Positions 53,639 to 64,000 of a stretch of DNA of 64,000 bases are shown piece after piece. Under the pieces are notes generated by a model. That model did not search any database. It saw nothing but the letters and a program-made list of their open reading frames with translations, and was not told the origin of the DNA. Every line of letters starts with the position of its first letter. Position 1 is the stretch's first letter. The DNA is taken from positions 32,001 to 96,000 of the forward strand of contig CAXXFK010000042.1 in the NCBI GenBank assembly GCA_963663965.2. Reading direction: 5' to 3'. The DNA is from Sedimentisphaerales bacterium (lineage in GTDB: Bacteria; Planctomycetota; Phycisphaerae; Sedimentisphaerales; SM23-30). The position numbers and the translations under genes are program-made.

Positions 53639-55429
53639 ATGAAATCGATAAAACTCGTCATTTATCCAGAACAAATTGAAATAACCGCAGAACCGGGCCA
53701 GACGATTGCTGAGGTATTAAGAAACTCGGGATATGGTCTTGAAATGCCCTGCGGCGGTGCGGGAACCTGTGGGAAATGTCTGGTCCGGATCATTGAACCG
53801 GAAAGTATTGTCAAGGCATGCCAATATCATGTCAGTCATGATTTAGAAATTGAATTATTGAGAAAAGATTCAATCCGTAATCAGATCCTGGCGGATTTTC
53901 ATTTGGAGGGTATCTCCATAGCGCCTATGGTGCAAAAGCTTGAATTTCAAGTAACGCCGCCGGATCTCGACGATTTAAGGAGCGATGCCAGACGGATAGA
54001 GGACACACTGTCCCGGTTGTTGAATCGACCGATATCGTTTCAGCCAGAAGCGTTACGGAGCATGCCGTTGATATGCCGGGATGCGGATTGGATGATAACG
54101 GCAGTTGTCTGCAATGATATGATTATCGCGGTCGAACCGGGTGACACTACCGGGTCGTTATATGGAATCGCCCTGGATATTGGGACGACAACGCTGGCCG
54201 CCGCATTGATTGATTTAAGCAACGGCGGGATTCTGGCGACTGCCAGCGATACGAATCCACAACGGGTTTATGGCGACGATGTGATCAGCCGAATCGACTA
54301 TACCCGCGACTATCTGGACGGACTGGAACAGATGCATCAAGCCATTATCGATGCAACCAACCGTTTAATCGGGAAGTTGTGCCGGGAATGCAACATAGAA
54401 CATCATCAGGTCTATGCCCTTACCGCCGCCGGCAACGCCACGATGCAGCATATATTCTGGAACGCGGCGGTTCATCAGATCGGTCAGGCTCCTTATGTAG
54501 CCGGTTTCACGAGTTCGATTATCTGCGATGCCGATCATTTGCAGATTCAAATCAATCCTCATGGCAAAGTGGTCATACTGCCCGGGGTAGCCGGCCATGT
54601 GGGGGGGGATACCGTGGCTGTGGCATTGACAACGAATTTAAAAAAACTGGGTCCTTTAACGCTGGCCATTGATATTGGCACCAATGGCGAGATTGTTCTG
54701 GCCGGACGCGGGCGAATTCTGACATGCAGCACCGCGGCCGGGCCCGCATTTGAAGGGGCGCGAATCCGGCATGGCATGCGGGGGGCAACTGGCGCCATTG
54801 AACGGGTTCGTTTCGAAGATAATATCCAAATGCGGACTATTGGCAGAGTGTCTCCCAAAGGGATTTGTGGCAGCGGTCTGATCGATATTGTGGCTGAAAT
54901 GCTGCGGGTGGGGATGATCGATGCCAGCGGCCGTATGCTTGAGTCTCATGAATGGCCCAAATCAATCCCAAGCGGCTTTAAATCAAGGCTCATCCATCGT
55001 GACGGACAACCCGCGTTAATATTAGCGGATGCCACGGAAAGCGCCAGTGGTGAACCCATCCTGATTACTCAGCGGGATATCCGTGAAACCCAATTGGCCA
55101 AAGCAGCCATTCGTGCCGGCATCGATGTGTTGTTGAAAACCGTTGACGCTGCAATTGACAATCTGGACAGGGTTTATCTTGCGGGCGCTTTTGGCAACTA
55201 TATCGATCCGGCGAGCGCCCGGGCAATTGGATTGTTGCCAGATATCGAATTGGATCAATTTGCACCGGTGGGGAATGCCGCAGGGCGCGGCGCGGCGATC
55301 GTATTGGCCAATCGGGATTCCTTATCCCGGATTGTTGAACTGGCGGAGGAAATGATGTATGTTGAACTGGCGGGGGGAGTGGGATTTCAGAATATTTTTA
55401 TGGACTATATGGGATTCGAACGGGGATGA
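53639..55429 (+). CDS. ASKHA-domain [2Fe-2S] corrinoid reductive activator (RACo/DUF4445)
   Basis: CGGAGTCGKC, DIGTTT, DIGTNGE, AGPAFEG, GICGSG and LAGAFG. Confidence 0.9.
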   Translation: MKSIKLVIYPEQIEITAEPGQTIAEVLRNSGYGLEMPCGGAGTCGKCLVRIIEPESIVKACQYHVSHDLEIELLRKDSIRNQILADFHLEGISIAPMVQKLEFQVTPPDLDDLRSDARRIEDTLSRLLNRPISFQPEALRSMPLICRDADWMITAVVCNDMIIAVEPGDTTGSLYGIALDIGTTTLAAALIDLSNGGILATASDTNPQRVYGDDVISRIDYTRDYLDGLEQMHQAIIDATNRLIGKLCRECNIEHHQVYALTAAGNATMQHIFWNAAVHQIGQAPYVAGFTSSIICDADHLQIQINPHGKVVILPGVAGHVGGDTVAVALTTNLKKLGPLTLAIDIGTNGEIVLAGRGRILTCSTAAGPAFEGARIRHGMRGATGAIERVRFEDNIQMRTIGRVSPKGICGSGLIDIVAEMLRVGMIDASGRMLESHEWPKSIPSGFKSRLIHRDGQPALILADATESASGEPILITQRDIRETQLAKAAIRAGIDVLLKTVDAAIDNLDRVYLAGAFGNYIDPASARAIGLLPDIELDQFAPVGNAAGRGAAIVLANRDSLSRIVELAEEMMYVELAGGVGFQNIFMDYMGFERG

Positions 55430-55479
55430 TTTGATCCGGTTTGAATCAGGCTCGGCGGTAACAGAGAGAAAAAACCAAA

Positions 55480-57360
55480 ATGAACAAGAACGAATTTATT
55501 GACAGACTTAACAGCCGGGTGTTACTGGGCGATGGGGCGATGGGAACCTTATTGTATCAGTCTGGCGCATTTCTGAATACCTGTTTCGATGAACTGAATC
55601 TGGTCAATCCCAAACTGGTGGGTAAGGTGCATGAAAGTTACATACGTTGTGGCTGCGATTTGATTGAAACCAATAGTTTTGGGGCGAACGAATTCAAGCT
55701 GGGGAAATTCGGTCTGGCCGACAAGGTTGAGCAGATTAATCGAGCTGCCGTAGAATTGGCCCAAGAAGCCGCCGGGCGCGACAAGGTGTTAGTGGCCGGA
55801 TCCGTAGGGCCGTTGGGGGTTCCCATGACGCCATTTGGCCGCCTGGAGCGGGACCAGGCCTTCAACGCTTTTGTGCGTCAGATTCGTACGCTCATCGAAT
55901 CGGGAATCGATCTGTTGATGCTTGAGACCTTCAGTGATCCTCAAGAGATACTGGTGGCCCTGGATGCCGCCGCAGAGTTGGGGGATATCGCGACCGTCGC
56001 GCAATTGGTGACGAATGAATTTCAAGAAACAATCTACGGTCAGAAAATCCAGGATGCCCTGGGAATGGTGGCGTGTCATCCGGCGGTAGCGGCGGTTGGA
56101 TTGAATTGTTCGGTCGGGCCGTCGACGATGCTGAGCAGCCTGGAGTTGATTCGTCCGGTTACTGACAAACCGCTGTCATTACAGCCCAATGCCGGGTTGC
56201 CGCGCGAAGTGGAAGGGCGTAAAATCTACATGAGTACGCCGGAGTATATGGCGGAATTTGCCAAACGGTTTCTGGAAAAGGGGGTACGGATCATTGGCGG
56301 TTGTTGCGGGACAACACCGGAACATATTCGCGAGATCATCAAGGCGGTTCGTTCGGTTGATAAGGCGACCGGGGGTGTTTCGATCAAGGCGATTCGAGAT
56401 TGGGGGAGTGAACTGACCAAAGATCGTCCAGTGGGTCAGGATCCGGTTCCGCTGGCGCATCGTTCGAAATTCGCAGCCAAACTGGCTAAGGGTGAAAAAG
56501 TGATTTCCGTTGAAGTGACACCACCCCGAGGGGCGAATCTGGATTCCATTCTCGAAAAAGCCCGGTTGTGTCATACTCATGATGTCGACGCGATCAATAT
56601 TCCGGATGGTCCTCGCGCCAGTTCACGCATTTCGCCGATGATTACCGCAATCCAGATTCAGCAAGAGGTGGGAATGGAAACGATTTTGCATGTCTGCTGC
56701 CGGGACCGAAATATTATCGGGATCCAGTCTGATATGCTGGGGGCGCAGGCCATTGGATTACGGAATATGTTGTTTATTACCGGGGATCCGCCAAAACTGG
56801 GCGATTATCCGGATGCTACGGCCGTTTTTGATCTGGACGCGATCGGGTTGACGGATGTGGTGCGTGGATTGAACCGGGGGATCGATATTGGTGGAAATGA
56901 GTTTCAACCGCCGTTATCGCTGGTTTTGGGCGTTGGCGCCAATCCGGTGGCTTCCGATCTGGAGCGTGAGATAGAACGCTTTAAATTGAAGGTTAAAGCC
57001 GGCGCGGAATATGCCATTACACAGCCGGTGTTTGACACCCGGTCGTTATTCGCTTTTATGGATCGTGTTGCCGATGGCCATATCCCGATCATCGCAGGGA
57101 TCTGGCCTTTTGCCAGTTTTAAAAATGCCGAATTTATGGCCAATGAAGTACCGGGCGTTGTGGTGCCAGAAAATCTGCTGGAGCGTATGTCACTAGCTCA
57201 GACCCGGCAGGATGGTCTGAAGATCGGTGTGGAGATTGCCCAGGAGCTTATCGCAGAAATATACGATCGAGTCGCCGGTTTTGCCATTAGCGCCCCCTTT
57301 GGAAATGTAAAAATCCCGCTGGCAGTCATGGGGAAAATATCCGCTGATCAAATCGCGTGA
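55480..57360 (+). CDS. Bifunctional homocysteine S-methyltransferase / methylenetetrahydrofolate reductase (YitJ-like)
   Basis: DGAMGT, GLNC, PNAGLP and GGCCGTTP, then an MTHFR domain (CRDRN, TGDPP, TQPVF). Confidence 0.92.
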   Translation: MNKNEFIDRLNSRVLLGDGAMGTLLYQSGAFLNTCFDELNLVNPKLVGKVHESYIRCGCDLIETNSFGANEFKLGKFGLADKVEQINRAAVELAQEAAGRDKVLVAGSVGPLGVPMTPFGRLERDQAFNAFVRQIRTLIESGIDLLMLETFSDPQEILVALDAAAELGDIATVAQLVTNEFQETIYGQKIQDALGMVACHPAVAAVGLNCSVGPSTMLSSLELIRPVTDKPLSLQPNAGLPREVEGRKIYMSTPEYMAEFAKRFLEKGVRIIGGCCGTTPEHIREIIKAVRSVDKATGGVSIKAIRDWGSELTKDRPVGQDPVPLAHRSKFAAKLAKGEKVISVEVTPPRGANLDSILEKARLCHTHDVDAINIPDGPRASSRISPMITAIQIQQEVGMETILHVCCRDRNIIGIQSDMLGAQAIGLRNMLFITGDPPKLGDYPDATAVFDLDAIGLTDVVRGLNRGIDIGGNEFQPPLSLVLGVGANPVASDLEREIERFKLKVKAGAEYAITQPVFDTRSLFAFMDRVADGHIPIIAGIWPFASFKNAEFMANEVPGVVVPENLLERMSLAQTRQDGLKIGVEIAQELIAEIYDRVAGFAISAPFGNVKIPLAVMGKISADQIA

Positions 57361-57422
57361 TACGTTTGAAAAGGGTCCCAATCAGGGATGCAGGCAGCGG
57401 TAACCCGGTGGACGAGATCCAT

Positions 57423-57451
57423 AAAAAAGCCGCAGTCAGGAACCGCGGCTT
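57423..57451. terminator. Terminator between convergent genes
   Basis: AAAGCCGC...GCGGCTTT stem. Confidence 0.7.
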
Positions 57452-57476
57452 TCTATTCATTGCAGATGACTAAACA

Positions 57477-57917
57477 TTAGTCATGTTCGGCTTCCATCAT
57501 TTTTTCCACCCGTCTTTCATGGCGACCACCTTCGAACTCGGTCATAAGCCATGTTTCGACAATACGGGTGATCAGGGGATCATTCATTAGCATGGCAGGC
57601 AAGCATAATACGTTGGCATCGTTATGCTTACGAGACATTTGTGCCGTTAATTCATCATGACAAAGGGCGGCTCTGACGCCTTTGACTTTATTGGCGGTAA
57701 TAGACATGCCGATCCCACTGCCGCAAATTAGAATACCCCGATCGGTATCTTTGGAAGCTACCGATTTCGAAGCGGGAATGGCATAATCCGGGTAGTCACA
57801 ACTTTTCGACTCATTGGCGCCGAAATCGATAACTTCGTGTCCAAGCCTGCGTAACAATCCTTTGATAAGTTCCTTGGCTTCATATCCTCTGTGATCACAG
57901 GCGATCGCAACTTTCAT
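57477..57917 (-). CDS. rpiB: Ribose-5-phosphate isomerase B
   Basis: DHRG, DYPD, CGSGIGMSITANK, HNDAN and FEGGRH. Confidence 0.95.
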   Translation of the reverse strand: MKVAIACDHRGYEAKELIKGLLRRLGHEVIDFGANESKSCDYPDYAIPASKSVASKDTDRGILICGSGIGMSITANKVKGVRAALCHDELTAQMSRKHNDANVLCLPAMLMNDPLITRIVETWLMTEFEGGRHERRVEKMMEAEHD

Positions 57918-57946
57918 AAATAAACCTTTCTATGGTGTGGCATCCA

Positions 57947-59059
57947 TTACCCCAACCGTTGACTAACGCCTTCGGCTATCTGGATAGCACATTGTCGATA
58001 AACATCAAAACTCTGGCCGATAGGATCGGCAATTCCCTTATTCTCAAGGAGCAACATTGTATAATCTCTCGCCTGCGGTTCCAAATCAATAATTGCCCGG
58101 TAGTGTGGAAAATCCATGGCAAAAATGAGATTGGCTTTTCTAATTAAATCTACAGTTAAAACGCATGCTTCATGTTGACTGATATCAATGCCAACGGTCT
58201 GGCAGGCCCTGATGGCTTCGTTAGTAGCTGGAGCTCCTGGAAAAGCCATGATACCTGCTGAAATGATGTTATATCCCTTTTGAGGTAATTGGTCAATAGG
58301 GCATCCAGTTTTTTGCGCCAGGATGGACCGCCCAAATCCTGCTGCCATAGGAGAGCGACAGGTATTACCAGTACAAACAAAGATAATTGTCATTGGATGC
58401 AGTTTTTTCAGATAACTGTCTGGAACTACTCCTTCCCTTAAGACATTGATCTGATTCTCATTGAGGTCAACAATCGTTGACGGTCCTTTATATCGAGTTT
58501 CCCCGCTATCGATTATCAGATCGATTTTTCCATTTAATTCCTCCATTACCTGTCCGGCAGAGACAGGTGGAATCTTGCCGGCAAAATTCGCGCTGGATGC
58601 CACTATCGGGCAGTCAATAGAACCAAGCAACAACTTACAGAAGGGATCATCCGGATAACGGATACCAATCGTATCCCGATAATAAAGTTCGCCGGGATTT
58701 AAATCTGGTTTAACCGTAGTCAGATGTTGTATTTGAGATTGGGTTAAATGGGAAATTACCGTTACCGGCCCCGGCCAGACTTTTGAAAAGAAAAATTTTT
58801 CGTAGAGATTACGTTCCGGCAGATAAAGGCTGATATCTTCGGACCGTCCAATATGTAATGTGAATGGCTTGGCATCAGATCTTTCCTTTAAATGACGAAG
58901 TGCAGCCAGGGCATCAGGATGATTGGCGCAAGCGCCCACGCCATAGACGGTTTCGGTAGGAAAAGCAACCAATGAGCCGTCCATCAACGCTTTGGCGGCG
59001 GATTCAACGGCCAATGGGATATCTGAGTCTTTTTTGATTTTTAGAATTCTGGTTTTCAC
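57947..59059 (-). CDS. L-threonylcarbamoyladenylate synthase (Sua5/YrdC) fused to a LMW protein phosphatase
   Basis: AFPTETVYG, WPGP and SSAN, then CTGNTCRSPMA and IADPIG. Confidence 0.9.
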   Translation of the reverse strand: MKTRILKIKKDSDIPLAVESAAKALMDGSLVAFPTETVYGVGACANHPDALAALRHLKERSDAKPFTLHIGRSEDISLYLPERNLYEKFFFSKVWPGPVTVISHLTQSQIQHLTTVKPDLNPGELYYRDTIGIRYPDDPFCKLLLGSIDCPIVASSANFAGKIPPVSAGQVMEELNGKIDLIIDSGETRYKGPSTIVDLNENQINVLREGVVPDSYLKKLHPMTIIFVCTGNTCRSPMAAGFGRSILAQKTGCPIDQLPQKGYNIISAGIMAFPGAPATNEAIRACQTVGIDISQHEACVLTVDLIRKANLIFAMDFPHYRAIIDLEPQARDYTMLLLENKGIADPIGQSFDVYRQCAIQIAEGVSQRLG

Positions 59060-59244
59060 TTATGTGATGTAACTTGTTAAATCAGTTATAATTATGAGCT
59101 AGTATTCTGCTTGTCTGGCATAGCCTTGGGGTATCTTTTCCGCGGCACCCTCCTACCTGTTAAGATAGAAAAAATAATGCCTGGGACAATATCTGTCAAG
59201 CATTATCCCAGGCGTTACAATCAATCGGTTATCGTTATTGGAAG

Positions 59245-62200
59245 TCAGGGTTCCAGGTCAATAATGACCCGGAAACCGGTGCTGTTGCTGCAAGATACAG
59301 GCAGGCTGCCATCCCGGTATGTGACGCGGCAATAAACGGGCAAACTACCCCAGCTGCCGCCGCGGATTATTTTTTCAGTTCCGTTTTCCGGACCAATGGG
59401 ATCTTGTTGTTGATCGGAGGTATAAGGCCCTAACCAATCACGGCACCATTCCCAGACGTTGCCCGTCATATCATTCAGTTTAAACAGTCCCTGAGGGCCA
59501 TAGAATCCAACCGGGTTCGTATAAGGAGGTTGGGAGAAACTGGCAGGATTACACGGGCCGTAATAATTAGCCAGCGAGCAGTTGATGGTATTGTTGCCCC
59601 ACGGATAATCGGCACGATTGATCAGGAAGCCGCCATGGGCTGAAAATTCCCATTGCGCTTCCGTGGGCAGCTTATACCCGTAGAAATCGCAGAACGCTTT
59701 AGCGCCATACCATGACACGGAAGAAACCGGATGATCGCCCATATGGAGATTGTCACGAGTCGTGACTTCATATTTACCGGCGATATAATCAATCTGGCTA
59801 TCGGAATCGGCCAGGCTGGTTCGGAAATAGGGTCTGGCACGATCGACATCTTTACGATCATAAACAATGCCGTTTACGATTTTAATCAAGTTCGCGGACC
59901 GGGCTTCGGTCAGGTACTGAACATACTGATAATTGGTGATTTCATTTTGCGAAATATAGAACGGTTTCAGGGCCACCAGGTGATCGGGTTTTTCAATGGC
60001 CAGCGGCCAGCTGGGATTGGTGTTGCCCATCAGGAAAGTTCCGCCGGGGATATAGGAGAATTTCATGCCAACCGGCGCTCCCGGAAATTCGCAGGTGTCG
60101 AGTTTGCCGTTGTAGTTGATGTCGTACCCTTTGCCATAGTTCATTTCGCACAGGTCGAGCAGTCCGTTGCCATTGCAGTCCAGGTCACTGTTGGCTTGAA
60201 TTTCAATTTCATCAATCAGGCCATTGTCATCGCAGTCAATATTCATGTCGTAAGTCAGCCAGTTCTGCGCCAACTGGAAGAGGTCTACAATGTCAATTGT
60301 GCCATCATGGAACCAGTCAGTAACATAACAGGGTTTTCCGTCGCACTCAACTTCATTCCAATGACGCACCATCAGATCAAAATCCTCGAGATCGACGAAT
60401 GGGTCAAAGACAAAAATCTGCATGGGAATGACATGGTTATTAACCATGTCAGAAATCACCAGAGAACAGGTATGATACCCAGCTTCCAGTCCGGTTGTGT
60501 CGATTCGAATAACCACCTGGGTTACGTCTCCCGGTCCCGTGGTTACGCCGGAAGCCGGTTCGATGGCGTTTATCCAGCTGCAATGGTCCGCGCTGACCCG
60601 CCATCGCTGGGTTTCACTGGTGACGCCATAGATCTCGAAGGTGAATTCATATTGCCGTCCCATGGCTACCCGGGCAGACCAGATAGGCAAGCCGTCAACG
60701 GCTAACGGGAACAGAGATTGCCAGGATAATTTGGGGTAATCGTAAATCGGCTGGAGCCAGATGGTATTAAAATCGGTGGCAGAGATATTCCACCCCGCTT
60801 CGATAAACGTCGCGATCTGTTTCATCTGGTCGGTGGTCAGTCCAATGCCGCCACTACTGATGTCCAATCCGCTCAGTTCGACATCCCAGAAAGAGCTGTT
60901 AATCTTGCCAGGTTCACTAAAGCCGCACAAGCCACCGGTTTCATCCGCCATGGAATTCAGCGTGTTTGCCGCATAACACTGGGCAATCGATCCGGAATTA
61001 TAGCCGCATAAGCCGCCGACCTGAGAACCATCCTGAACAATGATTTTGCATATTGAGTAACAACTGGTAATTTTGCCTGCGAGGTTTTCTCCAACCAGGC
61101 CGCCAATCTGGCTGGATCCGCCAGCCGGCATCGTGATAGAACCACTGCTGAAGCATGAGGTCACGGAACCCTGATTACGTGCGACCAGAGGGCCAACGAA
61201 ACTCGAACCGGCACAGGCCTCAATTCTTATGGAATCAACGCCAAGGTTTTTAATGGTGGCCCCAGAGCGCAGGACGCCAAACAAACCCAACAGATCATGA
61301 CTGGATTCATCGTCGCAATCCGGGAGAATACGCAGGTTCCGCAAAACATGGCCATTACCATCAAAGTGACCACTGAACGACGGTTGGCCTTGCGCCGCAA
61401 TGACGGCTTGAGTAAAGATTTCTCCACCCAAATCCAGGTCATTCAGCAGGATAAAATATTTATTGAAATCTTCAAACGTAGTTGACAGTTCTTTCAGGTC
61501 ATTCACGGTTAAGATGCGATAGGGGTTGAGTTCGGTTCCGGTTCCTCCGGAATATTTCCGGGCAATACTGAATTTAACCGTTGGGCCCGGATCCGAAAGC
61601 ACTTTGATATACAATCCGGATGCCGTTCCATTCCACCAGTCGCTATTCGGGTTTGTGGATTCGTCGAAAAGATTGCGTTTCGTATCAAAGCAGTCGCTGC
61701 TATCTCCGCCATTGGTGCCATGTTCGAGATCGAACCTTCCATCGGCCTGTTCGACGGACACCAGATAATGTTTTGAAGGGGTCATCTGTTCGTCATCATT
61801 ACTGCCATCTTCATCCACGTGCCAGATAATCAGGCCCTCATCAGGCACATCTTCATTGCGTCCGGTTCTCAGTCTGCTTTCAATCAGGAAAAATTCTTTT
61901 GAATTGTTGGGATTCTTATATCGATAGGTTGTATTGGAATTGGCGGTGTGGGTCAGAACTTTTTCCGCTACGGTTGAAAGGTCGATGAAATTTTCCCAGC
62001 CCAATCGACCGCGGAAATAGGGGTTCGGCAAAATCGGATTACTACTATGACTTCCAGAGGCCATAATACAGAAGTTTCCAACACCGGAAGATTCGTAGCC
62101 ATAGTCATATAAATCAGGCCAGCCGCAGACCATGTGGCCATTTTCATGGCAAAACGTGCCAATTTGAAGGCTTGATCCGATATTCGTCATTTGGTATCGA

Positions 62201-63171
62201 TTTAATATGACGCCATTGGCGTTATAATTGCCAATCCCGCTGGCATGCGGCCAGAGCCCTTTGGCCCAACCGGATTCCGGATTGCCGGCATAAAAGAAAT
62301 TAATGGCCCTGACCTGACCGTTGTCATTTAAAGTCAAAGGACTAAAATCGAAACCGGTTTGGCAGAGATAATCCAACGCTTCATAAATGAGTTCTCTGGC
62401 GCGTCCATTATCGGGATTATCATAGTAATATTTGACGTGTTTAGCCGTGTAATAATTCGTTACCAGGTTGGTGTAGGTGAGTTTGCCATAAGAGGCGGCA
62501 TAATAATAGTCTCTGACAGAGCCATTGTTATTGAATTGAGTATATCCCACCTTGTTACAGTAATCTTCAACATCAGATTTGGTAATACTCGATTTGACAT
62601 CGGGGAAGTTAATTAATATGGTTAATCCGACCACCTCATCCGGCAGGGGGGCAGGAGTTATCGAATCCGCAGCGAACTCGCTATCGGGAGAGGCGGCAAA
62701 AAGCGCATTGTCCGCCTCAATCATCTGGGCGTCCAGAATTTGCTTTTGTTGCATGGCTTTTTCCCGGACAATATTTCCCGGTAAGCGCAGATGGTTTTCC
62801 AGAGTCTGGATTTTCTGGTAACTGTATAAGTCGTCCGGATTGTCCGGAGGGGCGGCTTGTATAACCGATTGACCGGAGTATATGATCCCCGTTGATACCA
62901 GTTCATTACCCTCTGCAGAGAGTTCTGCGTAACAAATCCAATTGGTTTCCGGGTCGCGAATCAGGGTATAGCCATCCGGAGTTTCAACGAACTGGTAATA
63001 TTCATCCCCCCAAACCAGAACATCCACTAAGGAGTCGTCAGGTTGCCTGAATTGGAATGGATCACCGAGATGGGGTGCCGCAAAAAGCGGTGGGCAGACC
63101 ATTATGGCGAAACATAAAATTAGAAATGATGACACGAACCAACGATTGATGTATACCTTATCAGGCATCAT
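59245..63171 (-). CDS. Secreted M6-family metalloprotease with GLUG, BACON-like, dockerin-like and FGE-sulfatase (SUMF1) domains
   Basis: HENGH..CGWPDLY zincin motif; GGLVG/GGLCG repeats; LPTEAQWE, DMTGNVWEWC, RGGSW and GFR. Confidence 0.88.
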   Translation of the reverse strand: MMPDKVYINRWFVSSFLILCFAIMVCPPLFAAPHLGDPFQFRQPDDSLVDVLVWGDEYYQFVETPDGYTLIRDPETNWICYAELSAEGNELVSTGIIYSGQSVIQAAPPDNPDDLYSYQKIQTLENHLRLPGNIVREKAMQQKQILDAQMIEADNALFAASPDSEFAADSITPAPLPDEVVGLTILINFPDVKSSITKSDVEDYCNKVGYTQFNNNGSVRDYYYAASYGKLTYTNLVTNYYTAKHVKYYYDNPDNGRARELIYEALDYLCQTGFDFSPLTLNDNGQVRAINFFYAGNPESGWAKGLWPHASGIGNYNANGVILNRYQMTNIGSSLQIGTFCHENGHMVCGWPDLYDYGYESSGVGNFCIMASGSHSSNPILPNPYFRGRLGWENFIDLSTVAEKVLTHTANSNTTYRYKNPNNSKEFFLIESRLRTGRNEDVPDEGLIIWHVDEDGSNDDEQMTPSKHYLVSVEQADGRFDLEHGTNGGDSSDCFDTKRNLFDESTNPNSDWWNGTASGLYIKVLSDPGPTVKFSIARKYSGGTGTELNPYRILTVNDLKELSTTFEDFNKYFILLNDLDLGGEIFTQAVIAAQGQPSFSGHFDGNGHVLRNLRILPDCDDESSHDLLGLFGVLRSGATIKNLGVDSIRIEACAGSSFVGPLVARNQGSVTSCFSSGSITMPAGGSSQIGGLVGENLAGKITSCYSICKIIVQDGSQVGGLCGYNSGSIAQCYAANTLNSMADETGGLCGFSEPGKINSSFWDVELSGLDISSGGIGLTTDQMKQIATFIEAGWNISATDFNTIWLQPIYDYPKLSWQSLFPLAVDGLPIWSARVAMGRQYEFTFEIYGVTSETQRWRVSADHCSWINAIEPASGVTTGPGDVTQVVIRIDTTGLEAGYHTCSLVISDMVNNHVIPMQIFVFDPFVDLEDFDLMVRHWNEVECDGKPCYVTDWFHDGTIDIVDLFQLAQNWLTYDMNIDCDDNGLIDEIEIQANSDLDCNGNGLLDLCEMNYGKGYDINYNGKLDTCEFPGAPVGMKFSYIPGGTFLMGNTNPSWPLAIEKPDHLVALKPFYISQNEITNYQYVQYLTEARSANLIKIVNGIVYDRKDVDRARPYFRTSLADSDSQIDYIAGKYEVTTRDNLHMGDHPVSSVSWYGAKAFCDFYGYKLPTEAQWEFSAHGGFLINRADYPWGNNTINCSLANYYGPCNPASFSQPPYTNPVGFYGPQGLFKLNDMTGNVWEWCRDWLGPYTSDQQQDPIGPENGTEKIIRGGSWGSLPVYCRVTYRDGSLPVSCSNSTGFRVIIDLEP

Positions 63172-63411
63172 TCAACACCTCCAATGCTAAAGAACTTTAT
63201 GTTAATACTACATTTACTCATATTTTACCAATTAAAGGCATAATAGCCTAATAGAAAGTGGATTTTTCAGTTCTGAAATTACAGTTTTTTTCAAAACTTT
63301 TACCGGGTTTGATGAACAGCAAGCAGGATACGATTGTTTTATACAATATAATATGTTATGTTTTTATTCAAAGTCCGTTTTTTAGCAAAATTATAACATG
63401 GAATTTACATA

Positions 63412-64000
63412 ATGACTCATTATATTCAAGGTGTCCTGTTCGATCTGGATGGTACGCTAACCCAACAATGGTTTGATTTTGATGTGATCAGGGCGGAATT
63501 AGGTATAGAGGAAGGTCCTATACTAGAGGCAATCGAACAGATGGATTGTGATAAGAAGGAGAAGGCGCTGGCTACCCTGCATCGCTGGGAGGCCCAGGGT
63601 GCAGAGGAGTCGCAATTGAATCATGGGGTACAAGAAATGCTGAACTGGTTACACGCCGAAGGGATAAAGACCGGTCTGGTCACGCGAAATCGCCGTCAGA
63701 ATGCCGAACGGGTGAGTGAATTGCACGGATTGACGTTTGATTGCATTGTCAGTCGAGAAGATGGGCCGGTTAAACCAGATCCTTTTCCGGTTTTGCGGGC
63801 TTGCGAAGCGTTGAAATTGAACCCCCGGCAGGTGCTGATGGTAGGAGATTTTCTTTTTGATATGCTGAGCGGGCGTTCAGCGGGAGCCATTTGTGTTCTG
63901 ATTACAACCAGTGATAAGCATTGGAATTATCATGAGGCTGCCGATTATGTCATCGATCAATTTGAAGAATTGCCAGAGTTAATTAACCGACTTGAATCTG
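63412..64000 (+). CDS. HAD-family hydrolase, 3'-truncated by the window edge (absent from the ORF track)
   Basis: MTHYIQGVLFDLDGTL...VTRN...KPDP...MVGDFLFD, open to the window end. Confidence 0.88.
   Translation, partial: MTHYIQGVLFDLDGTLTQQWFDFDVIRAELGIEEGPILEAIEQMDCDKKEKALATLHRWEAQGAEESQLNHGVQEMLNWLHAEGIKTGLVTRNRRQNAERVSELHGLTFDCIVSREDGPVKPDPFPVLRACEALKLNPRQVLMVGDFLFDMLSGRSAGAICVLITTSDKHWNYHEAADYVIDQFEELPELINRLES

Noticed and set aside
59245..59480. DGR variable region at the end of the FGE-sulfatase domain
   Set aside because: No template repeat or reverse transcriptase seen in the window; a remote DGR cannot be excluded
59731..60705. 324-aa plus-strand ORF and similar long antisense ORFs (22758-23411, 11138-11725)
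   Set aside because: They are shadows of well-supported genes on the opposite strand and have no recognisable motifs

Overview
This is a chromosomal window from a probably anaerobic planctomycete (Phycisphaerae-like). That call is inferred from a TPR/RpoA-CTD protein, a Sua5-LMWPTP fusion and dockerin-like secreted proteins. Positions 1-12 kb hold a pectin/hemicellulose cluster (GH28-GH105 fusion, GH65/95-like, PL1, GH39, GH43) with SUI1 and a sigma-54 regulator. Positions 12.3-19.1 kb are an unusual accessory island. It begins with a hypothetical gene carrying an 'ANRRNAQKSTGP...NAIKHGL' motif. Two arrays of 260-320 bp modular, hairpin-rich repeats follow, with alternating REP-like cassettes and base-pair covariation. 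The arrays bracket a 5'-truncated Rhs toxin/immunity module that is interrupted by three non-coding inserts. A 14-mer (CATTGGGTTCGTTT) is shared by the gene and the array units, and a split variant lies at the array/Rhs junction. The remainder holds metabolic and housekeeping genes (GH172-like, SSS symporter, tgt, SpoIID, pssA, GH36, trpC, a two-component system, RACo-like activator, HMT/MTHFR, rpiB, M6 protease). It also carries an apparently intact frameshifting IS630, three copies of a ~180 bp MITE plus a relative, and a 98-bp tandem duplication. No rRNA, tRNA or CRISPR array was seen. All product calls come from motif recognition only; no database searches were run.
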